From positions 992,001 through 1,056,000 of the forward strand of contig NC_090421.1 of assembly GCF_036365525.1 (NCBI RefSeq): 64,000 nucleotides of DNA. The letters are read 5' to 3'. Source of the DNA: Heterodontus francisci (taxonomy: Eukaryota). Made by a program: the position numbers and the translations under genes. Positions 24,121 to 36,536 of the stretch are shown here, one piece after another (the stretch's first letter is position 1; the number at the start of each line of letters is the position of its first letter). Under the pieces are notes generated by a model. That model saw only the letters and a program-made list of their open reading frames with translations, had not been told where the DNA came from and did not search any database.

Positions 24121-26573
24121 GCTCAAAAGATGGCAGCGGCCCTTCTGTACACCACTAAAGTCACCATCCTCCATGTGTAAGCAATGACAGTGAGTGACAG
24201 CCATTATTCAATATGGAGGCCATCATATCTAAGCAAAGTCACTGGGTTCTGGACTTACGCTGGACCTCCCAAGATCACTGAAGCTAACTGAAGGCTTCCC
24301 ACTGCTGCCCCAATTCAGGTTAATGAGGATTGAACATGGAATTTCCTGATTTGTGTAGCTCAGCAGTGGTTACCCAAGCTGCTAAGTCCCAGTTCCATAG
24401 GCAGTTGAGAAGATAATCCTCACTGTTCTGAGGGAGCTCAACACATTCCAAAATAAAATCCATTATCCATTTGATTTTTTTATGAATCAAATTGAATGAT
24501 ATTGCTGCTGGGGAATGGAACAAGTATCCACATGACGTACTCCTAAATCAGGAGTAGCAAGTTAGATACAGACTAAATCTACCTCTACTTTGCCCCAACC
24601 TTTAAAAAGAACCTGACTGTATCATTTTTCCATTTCTCACACTTACCATTATTCTCTCGGAGTGAGGTTGCTAATTTATTCCTGCTACAAGCTCATGACC
24701 ACTAGAAACTGGATTTAGAGTGCTCACATTTAGTACCCTTGCAGCAAGGCAGAGAGAGACTTTCAATCGGGGCTAGATTTGAGCCTAGATTCTGGAAGGC
24801 AAGTGTCTAATCCACTGCACCACCAGATTCCTCCTCCCTTCCCCGAAGGAGTCTCTGACCTTGATCCTTCTGGAGCAGCCGACTGCCTCAGTAAACCTCT
24901 GCTCCTATCCAAGCTGCAAGACCTTTCTCCAAATGTGAGCTATTCGAAAACAAGAGTTTAAGTCAACTCTGCAACAAAGTTGGGACCAGTAGTTGCCACC
25001 CTTACACATAAAGCTCATTCCATATCATTTAAAACATATGGAAAATTAGCATATTAAACCCCTACCTCTTCTGAAGCTGCTCCCCACTCTATTAAAATGC
25101 CCCTACGTGTAGTTTTGTGACACGGGCAAATGCTGAAACTAGCATGGTGCACATGTGCAAGTGCACCTCTGCATCGTGACAATGTGTCAATGGCCAATGT
25201 CATGCAATATAATTACCCTGTAACAGATCCACCCCGGTTGAAGTCAACCCAGTACAGGGTCACTCTCCCCAATGAGTTGATCCCAGTACAGGATCAAATC
25301 CCTCCCCACTTCCCAATATGGATTCATTCCCCATCAAAATAACCTCTCTGCTTCAACAAAATAAGATTTTGGTTCAAATCCTAACCTTGGGACATTTTAT
25401 TCTCAAATGGCTCCACCTCATGTTTGGCACAAGCAGTAAATTAATGTTTCTGAAACAACAGAGCTCACAGAAAAAGTCAATGTGCATCGTGAAGTCTCTA
25501 TACTACAGTTAGGGGCAGGGCCCCAGACCACAGAATCTCAGGAAGCGGCCATTTAGCCCATTGTGCCTGTGCTGCCTCCCTGAAAGATCCATTCAATGAG
25601 TCCCACTCCTCTGCTCCTTCCCCATGTCAGTGCAAATGTCTCCTTTTCAAGTATTTATCCAATTCCCCCTTTTGGAAGTTACTATTGAATCTGCTTTTAC
25701 TGCCCTTTCAGGCAGTGCGTTCCAAATCACAACAACTCACTGCATTAAAAGAAATTTGCGTCTCCCCCTCTGGTACTTTTGTCGATTATCTTAAATCTGT
25801 GTCCCTCTGCTTCTCATCTTTGCAATGACTTTTCTTCTCCTCAGTTTTAGAATCACCGAGCACGTCAGGGTCCCTCCCTTGGAAATAAAACCTAGTTAAC
25901 TGTGCACAACTGCCTCTGCCCATGAGGGGAAGTTCTTGTACATCATTATTGGCCACAAATTGAGGGATAAGCACTTAGACTGCAACTGGAAAAATAGACA
26001 ATAACACCAGCAGCACTCCTGTCCTGCGTCCCAAGATGATTCTCGGCTCCTTCAGGACCCTCATTTAGATCACAGCAAAGTTAGGGCAGCAAGATAGCGG
26101 GGTCACAAGACTGACACTGCTGAAAGCTAACTGACCATATAGATCCTGCTTAAAGCTTTGCAGGTTGCATTGTATGAGTCGCATTGCTCAAAAGGGAGAG
26201 AGCAAGAATATTCTGTCATTCGCATGCCTTCTGGTTCCTGGAGCAAACTGAGATTGAAGTTCGATTATGGCATGAGGTTTTCCAATTAAAACAAGCAAAT
26301 TATTTTATCTCCATTCATGTGTTTAGGAACCTAAAGGTTCTTCCCATTTGGGGAGGGGAGACTGTCCCAGTCCCACTGTGAGAACTCACATTCTCAGTGG
26401 CCTGCTCTTCTCCTCCAATTTTCTGTCTAGTTTTTTTCCCTCACCCTGAATACAGTGAATCTTGAATGTGTTTGGTATCTGGTATCTCGCCCAAAGGGCT
26501 GTCCCTCACGTGTGTGTGCTTGGACGCTGATAGTCAGTGCGCTCTTTGACCATGATGGAAGGGAGACCAAGCT

Positions 26574-27655
26574 AAGCCTGGACAACATCCAGTCTTGGGC
26601 TGATAAGTGGCAAGTAACATTCGTGCCACACAAGTGCCAGGCAATGACCATCTCCAACAAGAGAGAATCTAACCATCTCCCCTTGACATTCAATGGCATT
26701 ACCATCGCTGAATCCCCCACTATCAACATCCTGGGGGTTACCATTGACCAGAAACTGAACTGGACCAGCCACATAAATGCTGTGGCTACAAGAGCAGGTC
26801 AGAGGCTGGGAATTCTGCAGAAAGTAACTCAACACCTGACTCCCCAAAGCCTGTCCACCATCAGGAGTGTGATGGAATATTCACCACTTGCCTGGATGGG
26901 TGCAGCTCCAACACTCACAAAGCTCGACACACAGACTGAAGATTTTGGGCAAGAGATTAAGGGGAATATGAGGAAGAACTTTTTTACGCTGCAGGTGGTA
27001 ATGACCTGGAACTCACTGCCCACAAGAGTGGTGGAAGCAGAAACAATCAATGACTTCAAAAGGAAATTGGATGACCACTTGAAGGAAATAGACTTGCAGG
27101 GCTACAGGGATCGAGCGGGAGAGTGGGACTGACTGAATAGGACCGTAGAGAGCTGGCATGGACTCAATGGGCCGAATGGCCTCTTTCTGTGCTGTAAATG
27201 ACTCTGTGACTATCTTGGACAAAGCAGCCCGCTTGTTTGGCACCCCATCCACCACCTTCAACATTCACTCCCTCCATCACCGACGCACAGTGGCAGCAGT
27301 GTGTACCATTACAAGATGTACTGCAGTAACTCACCAAGGCTCCTTCGACAGCACCTTCCAAACCCGCGACCTCTACCAACTAGAAGGACAAGGGCAGCAA
27401 ATGCATGGGAACACCACCACCTGCAAGTTCCCCTCCAAGTCACACACCATCCTGACCTGGAACTATATCACCGTTCCTTCACTGTCACTGGGTCAGAATC
27501 CTGGAACTCCCTTCCTAACAGCACTGTGGGTATACCTACCCCACATGGACTGCCGCGGTTCAAGAAGGCAGCTCACCACCACCTTCTCAAGGGCGATTAG
27601 GGATGGGCAATAAATGCTGGCTTGGCCAGCTACGCCCATATCCCAACAGCGAATA
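26574..27655 (+). mobile_element. CR1-group LINE 3' portion with a nested CR1 3' fragment (~26932-27209)
   Basis: LDNIQSWADKWQVTF...ILGVTIDQKLNW...RSVMEYSPLAW remnant. Same family at 39457-39795 and 63050-64000. Confidence 0.85.
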
Positions 27656-29189
27656 TTAAAATAAGGGGAGAAATTTTGGAAAAAGGAATTGTAAGCTTAG
27701 ATCCAGTGATTTTTATGACAGAACTAGGGTCAGGGCTTAGCTTTGTACAACAGGCATTTTATACGAAAATATAGAGGAGTTAGAGGCGCTTCTCTACAAT
27801 AAACGAAGAACTTGCATTTCAATAGCGTCTTTCACCACCTCAGGACATCCCAAAGCGCTTCACCGCTAATGAAGTACTTTTTGAAGTGTAGTCACTGCTG
27901 TAATGTAGGAAATCTGGTGAAATACTTAGAAAACACACTCATCATTTAAAAAAAATCCACAAGAAACACAAGGGCATTTTTGACAAAATGATTTGCACAT
28001 TTACAAACAGCTTTGCTCGAATTGGCCATGACGCACCTTGCCCTTTTTCAGAAACTCATCTTGCAAATGCAGTAGAATTCAGTGTCCCAGCTCCCGTGCC
28101 GGGCGTGAATGACAGAGAAACGTTATCCCAAAATTCATCATCTATTTACCGACAAATCACCGGCTGTCAATCAATCCGGTCCATTTCTCCTGAGAACACA
28201 TGGTTGGAAGGAGAACCCAAAAGATAGAGACATTTCTATTCACATTCCCTTTAAAGCGGCTGATACTTGCAGTTAAATGGTGCTCGGGGCCGAATGGACC
28301 AGGTTAAACAGGGACTAACTACAAAGTTTACTCTCCCCACTCCCTGTACCTTTAATAGGTAACCCTCGTGTTCAGAGTTCATTTGCGCCCGCCGACATTT
28401 TCCCCCCACAGTTGCAGAGCACATCCTCAAAGCACCACAGGAGTAATTATATGGGGGAAAATAATTCGTTGCAAAGGAGGTTTACCTGTGTCTTTCTCGG
28501 GTTACCCGCAATCCTGTGTGTCCGGGGCTTTCTGGAGGGCAGAAGTCTGCCAGGCGAGGTCATCAACACCCCTTTAAAGGCAGTGGCCAGTGTGCAGTTA
28601 AACAGCCTCTGCTCCTCTTCCTCAGCTTTAACCCTCCAGCCAGCGTCTCCAAGGGCTGAAGAATATAAGGATATATAGAATGAACTGACTGCCTTGTGTC
28701 CTGTGCAGCCCAGCAAGTGACGTGCAGACAGCAATGCAAGTGAAGATCCTTAAGGCCGTAAAGTGATTGGCATTGTACTTTGCACCCTATACCATCGGCA
28801 CTGAACAGCAAGCAGTAGTGCCGTGTCTAGCAGTAAGAGTATTTACCCCCTGTGAACACAGCATTGACTGTACAGTACATCTAGTACTTACATTTAAAAA
28901 GATAAGGAACAGGACAAGATTACTTAAGCAAATACTGATTGTTGGACACTATTCTATGTCTTTCATATGGTCAACATTATAGTGAGAGGCTTGATATCAG
29001 CTATCAGGAAAGCTGTTCTGATGAAAGGTTATGGACCAGAATATTTCTCTCCACAGATGCTGCCAGACCTGCTGAGCATTTCCAGCATTTTCTGTTCTTC
29101 AGCACTAGTTGGTCACATAGATAGTACTGGATATATAAACTCCGGTCCTCCCATCTCTCCTGGGGTATAGCTTCACAGGAACAGCAGGA

Positions 29190-29975
29190 GCCTGCTCCTT
29201 CATTCAAAAATGCATTTAAGGGGAAGCTGGATAAACATATGGGGGAGAAAGAAAAAGCAGGTTATGCTAGTAGGGTGGGAGGAGGATCGTGTGAAGCAGA
29301 GCTTAGTGAGAGGATTCGAGTACAGGAGCAGGGATGTCTTGCTGCAATTATACAGGGCCTTGGTGAGGCCACACCTGGAATATTGTGTGCAGTTTTGGTC
29401 TCCTTATCTGAGGAAGGATGTTCTTGCTATGGAGGGAGTGCAGCGAAGGCTCACCAGACTGATTCCTGGGATGGCGGGACTGACATATGAGGAGAAATTG
29501 AGTCGGTTAGGATTATATTCGCTGGAGTTCAGAAGAGTGAGGGGGGATCTCATAGAAACCTAGAAAATTCTAATAGGACTTGACAGGGTAGATGCAGGAA
29601 GGATGTTCCCGATGGTGGGGGAGTCCAGAATCAGGGGTCATAGTCTCAGGATACGGGTTAAACCTTTCAGGACTGAGATGAGGAGAAATCTCTTCACCCA
29701 GAGACTGGTGAGCCTGTGGAATTCACAACCACAGAAAGCAGTTGAGGCCAAAACATTGTATGTTTTCAAGAAGGAATTAGATATAGCTCTTGGGGGGGAA
29801 AGAGATCAAAGGGTATGGGGGGAAAGTGGGAACAGGCTACTGAGTTGGATGATCAGCCATGATCATAATGGTGGAGCAGGCTCGAAGGGCCGAATGGCCT
29901 ACTCCTGCTCCTATTTTCTATGTTTCTAAATTAGATGGGCCAAATGGCTTGTTTCTGTGCTGTACATTCTATATA
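29190..29975 (+). mobile_element. Young CR1 fragment (29303-29927) nested in an older CR1 3' end
   Basis: LYRALVRPHLEYCVQFWSPYLRKD...RGDLIET; in-frame stop at 29561. Confidence 0.9.
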
Positions 29976-30004
29976 ATCAGAACATGCTCCATTTACCCAC
30001 TTTT

Positions 30005-30490
30005 ACTCCACATCCCATAATACCCAACAAAAATCTATCGATCCCAATGTTGGAATCTCCAATTGACCCACAGCCTCGACAGCTTTTTGGGGGGAGAGTG
30101 TTCCAGATTTCCACTCCCTCTCTGTGTGAAGATGTGCTTCCTGACATCACCCCCTGAACGGCCCTGGCTCTAATTTTCAGATTCTGCCCCCTTGTTCTGG
30201 ACCCCCCCCCGCCTCACACCAGAGGAAATAGTTTCTCTCTATTGATCCAATCAAATCCTTTATCATCTTAAACCCCTCGATTCAATCACCCCTTAATCTT
30301 CTACACTCGAGAGAATACAAGCCCAGTCTCTGCGACTAGTCCTTGTAATTTAACCCTTTTAGCCCCGGGGTCATTCTGATGAATCTGCACTGCACCCCCT
30401 CCAAGGCTGATATACCCTTCCTGAGGTGCGGGGCCCAGAACTGAATGCAGTTACTCCAGATGGGGTCTGACCAAGGCTCTGTACAACTGA
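30005..30490 (-). mobile_element. CR1 fragment
   Basis: Reverse complement of the 22000-22340 subfamily. Confidence 0.8.
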
Positions 30491-30639
30491 ATAGATGCAA
30501 GCAGCTCTCCTAAGTGGTCATTCCTCCCATATGAGCCTGTAGGAAGGGGGAAGTGACCCCAGTCTTACCTCTTCTCACCCAGCACCCACAGGCACCTTCA
30601 AACTGGGATTACTGCATAGTGACCAAGAGCAGGACCCCT

Positions 30640-30850
30640 TGATTCATTTTTCACCTCTCCCACCCAGAAAGTCACTGCCCACTTCTGTTCCACGGATTTT
30701 GCACATGCCCGGGTGGCCCTGGAGAGGGACCATGTGGTGCCCGTTGTTATGCTTGAAGCCTCCCGCCACTGGTGGGCACCACAGGGCACCAAATGTATCA
30801 CTGACCGTGAGGAAGAGAATACCACTTAGTTTTATTTTGTGCATCTTTCG
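30640..30850 (+). mobile_element. Tx1/L1-clade LINE 3' remnant
   Basis: RVALERDHVV...LEASRHWWAPQG resembles the Tx1-type ORF2 C-terminus. Homologous remnant (SVERDHVV...LETFHTWWAPH) on minus at 54075-54250. Confidence 0.55.
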
Positions 30851-31639
30851 GTTTAACTGGACTATCTGTAAGAATGTTTTATTAGTGCTGCCCTCCTCAG
30901 ATTGAGCGGGCACTTGTAGTGCTGTTTCTGTCCTGGTGCCACCCTTTATGGTCCAATTACATTAGCCCACTAGCCCAGAAGCCTCTTGTCGCACCCCTAT
31001 CTCACAGTGGCTGGTCTGCTGAGCTCAGTACCACAGCAGACAGTGCATTTACCCAATGAAGCAGCTGTCTATGCCAAGATAAGATTATTGTGAAGCTTTA
31101 GCCTTGTACTGAGACCCATTTGGAGATCATTTGCAATCAGCACTTGTAATAATTGCTCTCCAATAATTCAGCCGATGAGCTGTAAATTGTTCTGTTATGT
31201 TGCAAAGATACAATTGTGCAGGTACATTATTGTTTGGTGAAGCATTTTCAAACATACTTAACCTGGGTCGCAGAAAGATGTGTGTAACTGCATGATGATA
31301 AATACCATATTGATTACACCAACCTAGAATATTTATTTGCATATATATATATAAAACTGTTATATTGATGATATATACTAATTATTATTTTCCTGCTAAT
31401 TAAATGTCAATTATTAATCAGTAGAACTGCAGTGATTGCCTCCAAATCATTAATCCTTTGGTTTGGATAACTGTCCTCATGAAGTCCATTGGTTGCACAG
31501 GTCACCAGTACTCACCATGACAATGACCCACAGGCAAAAGAATAGATTGAAAAGTGGAGTAAAGCAGTCCCCACAGTAACCTCCGAGTTGTGTGTTTCAG
31601 CCTAATAGATAATGTTATTTATCATGAGCGGATGATTCA

Positions 31640-31780
31640 AAAACAAAATACAGCAGATGCTGGAAATCTGAAATAAAGACAGAAAATGCTGGAAATACTC
31701 AGCAGGTCTGGCAGTTTGTTTCTCTTTCCACAGATGCTGCCTGACCTGCTGAGTATTTCCAGCATTTTCTATTTTTCGTT
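31640..31780. mobile_element. Palindromic Penelope-derived element
   Basis: AATGCTGGAAATACTCAGCAGGTC followed by its inverse GACCTGCTGAGTATTTCCAGCATT. Confidence 0.7.
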
Positions 31781-32164
31781 CTGGGCTTTAATTGTTCAGA
31801 ATGTTTCCCCCTTCCTCTCAATTGTGTCCCCTCCTGTCCTGGAGACTCTTCCTGGGATACAGTTCCATCAGATTCACACAAATAACCATTTGTCATGCAA
31901 GTCTGGGCAGCCAGGATTGACAGGATATTCGACCCAGGGGGATTATCACAGCCAAGCCTGATCCTGACATCCACACGTGGGACCATATGTCGGGTAGCAA
32001 AGAGGAGTGGGAACCTTGGCTGATTTTTCCCCGAAGTAGCCCTAGAGCAATGAGGTCGGCACAGATCAGCTCACAGAGAAAAGGCCGGAGTTGAGCCCAG
32101 AACCTTCCTGGTCTGTATGGCTCAGTACCATGTTGGACAGTGTCTATAACAAATAAGGGTATAG

Positions 32165-32540
32165 GGAACGGTAGCATAGTGGTAATGTTACTGAACGAAT
32201 AATCCAGAGGCCTGGACTATTATGCTGCGGAGACATGAGTTCAAATCCCACCACATCAGCTGGGGGAATTTAATTAATAAATCTGGAATAAAATGCTCGT
32301 ACTCATTAATAATAAATATGAAACTACCCATCTGGTTCACTAATGTCGTTCAGGGAAGCAAATCTGCCATCCTTACCTGGTCTGGCCTACATGTGACTCC
32401 AGATGCACAGCAATGTGGTTAACTCTTAATTGTCCTCCGAACTGGCCTAGCAAGCCACTAAATTCAAGGGCAATTAGGGATGATCAATAATACTGGCCTT
32501 GCCAGCGATGCCCACATCCCAAGAACAAATTTTTAAAAAA
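32165..32540 (+). mobile_element. tRNA-derived SINE sharing its 3' tail with the 26.6/39.5/63 kb LINE family
   Basis: A box TAGCATAGTGG, B box GTTCAAATCC; tail AAGGGCAATTAGGGATG...GCCAGCGATGCCCACATCCC. Confidence 0.75.
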
Positions 32541-32595
32541 CATTCAGAGTCTTCCAAAAAACATGTAGTTGGCATTTACAGTGGACATCACACTC

Positions 32596-33030
32596 ACAGG
32601 AACAGGAGGAGGCCATTCAGCCCCTCCTCAAGCCTGTTACACAGGAATAGGAGGAGGCCATTCAGCCCCTCCTCAAGCCTGTTACACGGGAACAGGAGGA
32701 GGCCATTCAGGCCCCTCCTCGAGCCTGTTACACAGGAACAGGAGGAGGCCATTCAGCCCCTCCTCAAGCCTGTTACACAGGAACAGGAGGAGGCCATTCA
32801 GCCCCTCCTCAAGCCTGTTGCACAGGAACAGGAGGAGGCCATTCAGGCTCCACCTCAAGCCTGTTACACAGGAACAGGAGGAGGCCATTCAGGCTCCTCC
32901 TCAAGCCTGTTACACAAGAACAGGAGGAGGCCATTCAGCCCCTCCTCAAGCCTGTTACACAGGAACAGGAGGAGGCCATTCAGCCCCTCCTCAAGCCTGT
33001 TACACAGGAACAGGAGGAGGCCATTCAGCC
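32596..33030 (-). repeat. 45-bp CR1-tail tandem array, ~10 copies, adjoining a CR1 fragment (33030-33200)
   Basis: Unit ACAGGAACAGGAGGAGGCCATTCAGCCCCTCCTCAAGCCTGTTAC; inverse of the 22.3-kb array. Confidence 0.95.
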
Positions 33031-33617
33031 TCCACACGAGCCTCCTCCCGCCCCCCTACTTCATGTCCCCCCATCACCATATCCTTCTATTCTTTTCTCC
33101 CTCATGTGTTTATCCAGCTTCTCCTTAAATGCGTCGACGCTACTCACCTCAACCACTCCCTGTGGTAGCGAGTCCCACATTCTCACCACTCTCTGGGGAA
33201 ATGTTGAAATATAAAAATGTACATGAAATGCAGCCAATGCCTTCTCACAGGGAATGAGGAAAGCACATGTGCCAACTGATATCTGGTTAGTTATTACTTG
33301 ACCTCATATCGTATCATGTCCTATACTGCATAATAACATCAGTCATTTATAATTGAAACTAATAGGTTATGGATGCCAAAAACCACATGTAAACACAAAG
33401 ACGGCCCACTTGTATCGTAAAGTTTCACAATCAGAAATGAAGCCTTATGACACAATTTAAAGAAGACAAACTTTTACATGCAATGCTGAACTAGAGCTCA
33501 GGGAGGTTGCAGCTTCATCCAGGTTCTGTGCAGAGATAGCTCAACTCAGCTGGGGGAATGGGTTGAACTGCCCTCATTTGGCCCATGAGTTACAGAAGGG
33601 AAAAAACCAATCAAGGT

Positions 33618-36390
33618 GTTAGCCGTGGCTCAGTGGGTAATGCTCCTCCCTCTGAGTCACAAGGTTGTGGGTTCAAATTCCACTTTAGAAACTTGAGCAC
33701 AAAATCTAGGCTGACAAACCCGGTGCAGCACTGTCGGAAGGTCAGTACTGAGGGTGCGCCGCATTGTCGGAAGGTCAGTACTGAGGGTGCGCCGCATTGT
33801 CGGAGGGTCAGTACTGAGGGTGCGCCGCATTGTCGGAGGGTCAGTACTGAGGGTGCGCCGCATTGTCGGAGGGTCAGTACTGAGGGTGCGCCGCATTGTC
33901 GGAGGGTCAGTACTGAGGGTGCGCCGCATTGTCGGAGGGTCAGTACTGAGGGTGCGCCGCATTGTCGGAGGGTCAGTACTGAGGGTGCGCCGCATTGTCG
34001 GAGGGTCAGTACTGAGGGTGCGCCGCATTGTCGGAGGGTCAGTACTGAGGGTGCGCCGCATTGTCGGAGGGTCAGTACTGAGGGTGCGCCGCATTGTCGG
34101 AGGGTCAGTACTGAGGGTGCGCCGCATTGTCGGAGGGTCAGTACTGAGGGTGCGCCGCACTGTCGGAGGGTCAGTACTGAGGGTGCGCCGCATTGTCGGA
34201 GGGTCAGTACTGAGGGTGCGCCGCATTGTCGGAGGGTCAGTACTGAGGGTGCGCCGCACTGTCGGAGGGTCAGTACTGAGGGTGCGCCGCACTGTCGGAG
34301 GGTCAGTACTGAGGGTGCGCCGCATTGTCGGAGGGTCAGTACTGAGGGTGCGCCGCATTGTCGGAGGGTCAGTACTGAGGGTGCGCCGCACTGTCGGAGG
34401 GTCAGTGCTGAGGGTGCGCCGCATTGTCGGAGGGTCAGTACTGAGGGTGCGCCGCATTGTCGGAGGGTCAGTACTGAGGGAGCGCCGCACTGTCGGAGGG
34501 TCAGTACTGAGGGAGCGCCGCTCTGTCGGAGGGTCAGTACTGAGGGTGCGCCGCACTGTCGGAGGGTCAGTACTGAGGGTGCGCCGCATTGTCGGAGGGT
34601 CAGTACTGAGGGAGCGCTGCACTGTCGGAGGGTCAGTACTGAGGGTGCGCCGCATTGTCGGAGGGTCAGTACTGAGGGAGCGCTGCACTGTCAGAGGGTC
34701 AGTACTGAGGGAGCGCTGCACTGTCAGAGGGTCAGTACTGAGGGAGCGCTGCACTGTCAGAGGGTCAGTACTGAGGGAGCGCTGCACTGTCGGAGGGTCA
34801 GTACTGAGGGAGCGCTGCACTGTCGGAGGGTCAGTACTGAGGGAGCGCTGCATTGTCGGAGGGTCAGTACTGAGGGAGCGCCGCACTGTCGGAGGGTCAG
34901 TGCTGAGGGAGTGCAGCACTGTCGGAGGGTCAGTGCTGAGGGTGCGCCGCATTGTCGGAGGGTCAGTACTAAGGGAGCGCTGCACTGTCGGAGGGTTAGT
35001 GCTGAGGGAGCGCCGCACTGTCAGAGGGTCAGTACTGAGGGTGCGCCGCACTGTCGGAGGGTTAGTGCTGAGGGAGCGCCGCACTGTCAGAGGGTCAGTA
35101 CTGAGGGAGCGCTGCACTGTCGGAGGGTCAGTACTGAGGGAGCGCTGCACTGTCGGAGGGTCAGTACTGAGGGAGCGCTGCATTGTCGGAGGGTCAGTAC
35201 TGAGGGAGCGCCGCACTGTCGGAGGGTCAGTGCTGAGGGAGTGCAGCACTGTCGGAGGGTCAGTGCTGAGGGTGCGCCGCATTGTCGGAGGGTCAGTACT
35301 AAGGGAGCGCTGCACTGTCGGAGGGTTAGTGCTGAGGGAGCGCCGCACTGTCAGAGGGTCAGTACTGAGGGTGCGCCGCACTGTCGGAGGGTTAGTGCTG
35401 AGGGAGCGCCGCACTGTCAGAGGGTCAGTACTGAGGGAGCGCCGCACTGTCAGAGGGTCAGTACTGAGGGAGCGCTGCACTGTCAGAGGGTCAGTACCGA
35501 GGGAGCGCCGCACTGTCGGAGGGTCAGTACCGAGGGAGCGCCGCACTGTCGGAGGGTCAGTACCGAGGGAGCGCCGCACTGTCGGAGGGTCAGTACCGAG
35601 GGAGCGCCGCACTGTCGGAGGGTCAGTACTGAGGGTGCGCCGCATTGTCGGAGGGTCAGTACTGAGGGAGCGGCGCACTGTCGGAGGGTCAGTACTGAGG
35701 GAGAACTGCACTGTCGGATGGTCAGTACTGAGGGAGCGCCGCACTGTCGGAGGGTCAGTACTGAGGGAGCGCCGCACTGTCGGAGGGTCAGTACTGAGGG
35801 AGCGCCGCACTGTCGGAGGGTCAGTACTGAGGGAGCGCCGCACTGTCGGAGGGTCAGTACTGAGGGAGCGCCGCACTGTCGGAGGGTCAGTACTGAGGGA
35901 GCGCCGCACTGTCGGAGGGTCAGTACTGAGGGAGCGCTGCACTGTCGGAGGGTCAGTACTGAGGGAGCGCCGCATTGTCGGAGGGTCAGTACTGAGGGAG
36001 CGGCGCACTGTCGGAGGGTCAGTGCTGAGGGAGCACTGCACTGTCGGAGGGTCAGTACTGAGGGAGCGCTGCACTGTCGGAGGGTCAGTACTGAGGGTGC
36101 GCCGCATTGTCGGAGGGTCAGTACTGAGGGTGCGCCGCACTGTCAGAGGGTCAGTACTGAGGAAGCGTCACACCATCAGAGGGGCGGTACTGAAGGAGTG
36201 CTGCATTGTTGGAGGTGCCGTCTTTTGGGATGAGACTGAGGCCTTGTCTGCCCTCTCAGGTAGATGTAAAAAATCCCACGGCCACTATTTTGAAGACGAG
36301 AATGGGAGTTCTCCTCGGTGTCCTGGGGCAATATTTATCTCTCAACCAACATCAATGAAAAACATATTATGTGGTCATTATCACATTGCT
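33618..36390 (+). mobile_element. DeuSINE with massively expanded 33-bp array
   Basis: tRNA head at 33618-33720 (TGGCTCAGTGG, GGTTCAAATTCC); Deu core GGAGGTGCCGTCTTT..GATGAGAC resumes at 36211. Confidence 0.88.
33722..36215 (+). repeat. 33-bp tandem array, ~75 copies
   Basis: Unit CAGTACTGAGGG(T/A)GCGCCGCA(T/C)TGTCGGAGGGT. Confidence 0.95.
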
Positions 36391-36536
36391 GTGAATAACA
36401 ACTTGTATTTACATAGCATCTTTAACGTAGATCATTATCTATTAGCCACTGGTGAAAAGAAATCACCTGTGCTGATATCAAGTAAAGCCAGGATTTGGCT
36501 GGACCAGGTTGTACTGCTCCCAGGTTTGCATAGCTA

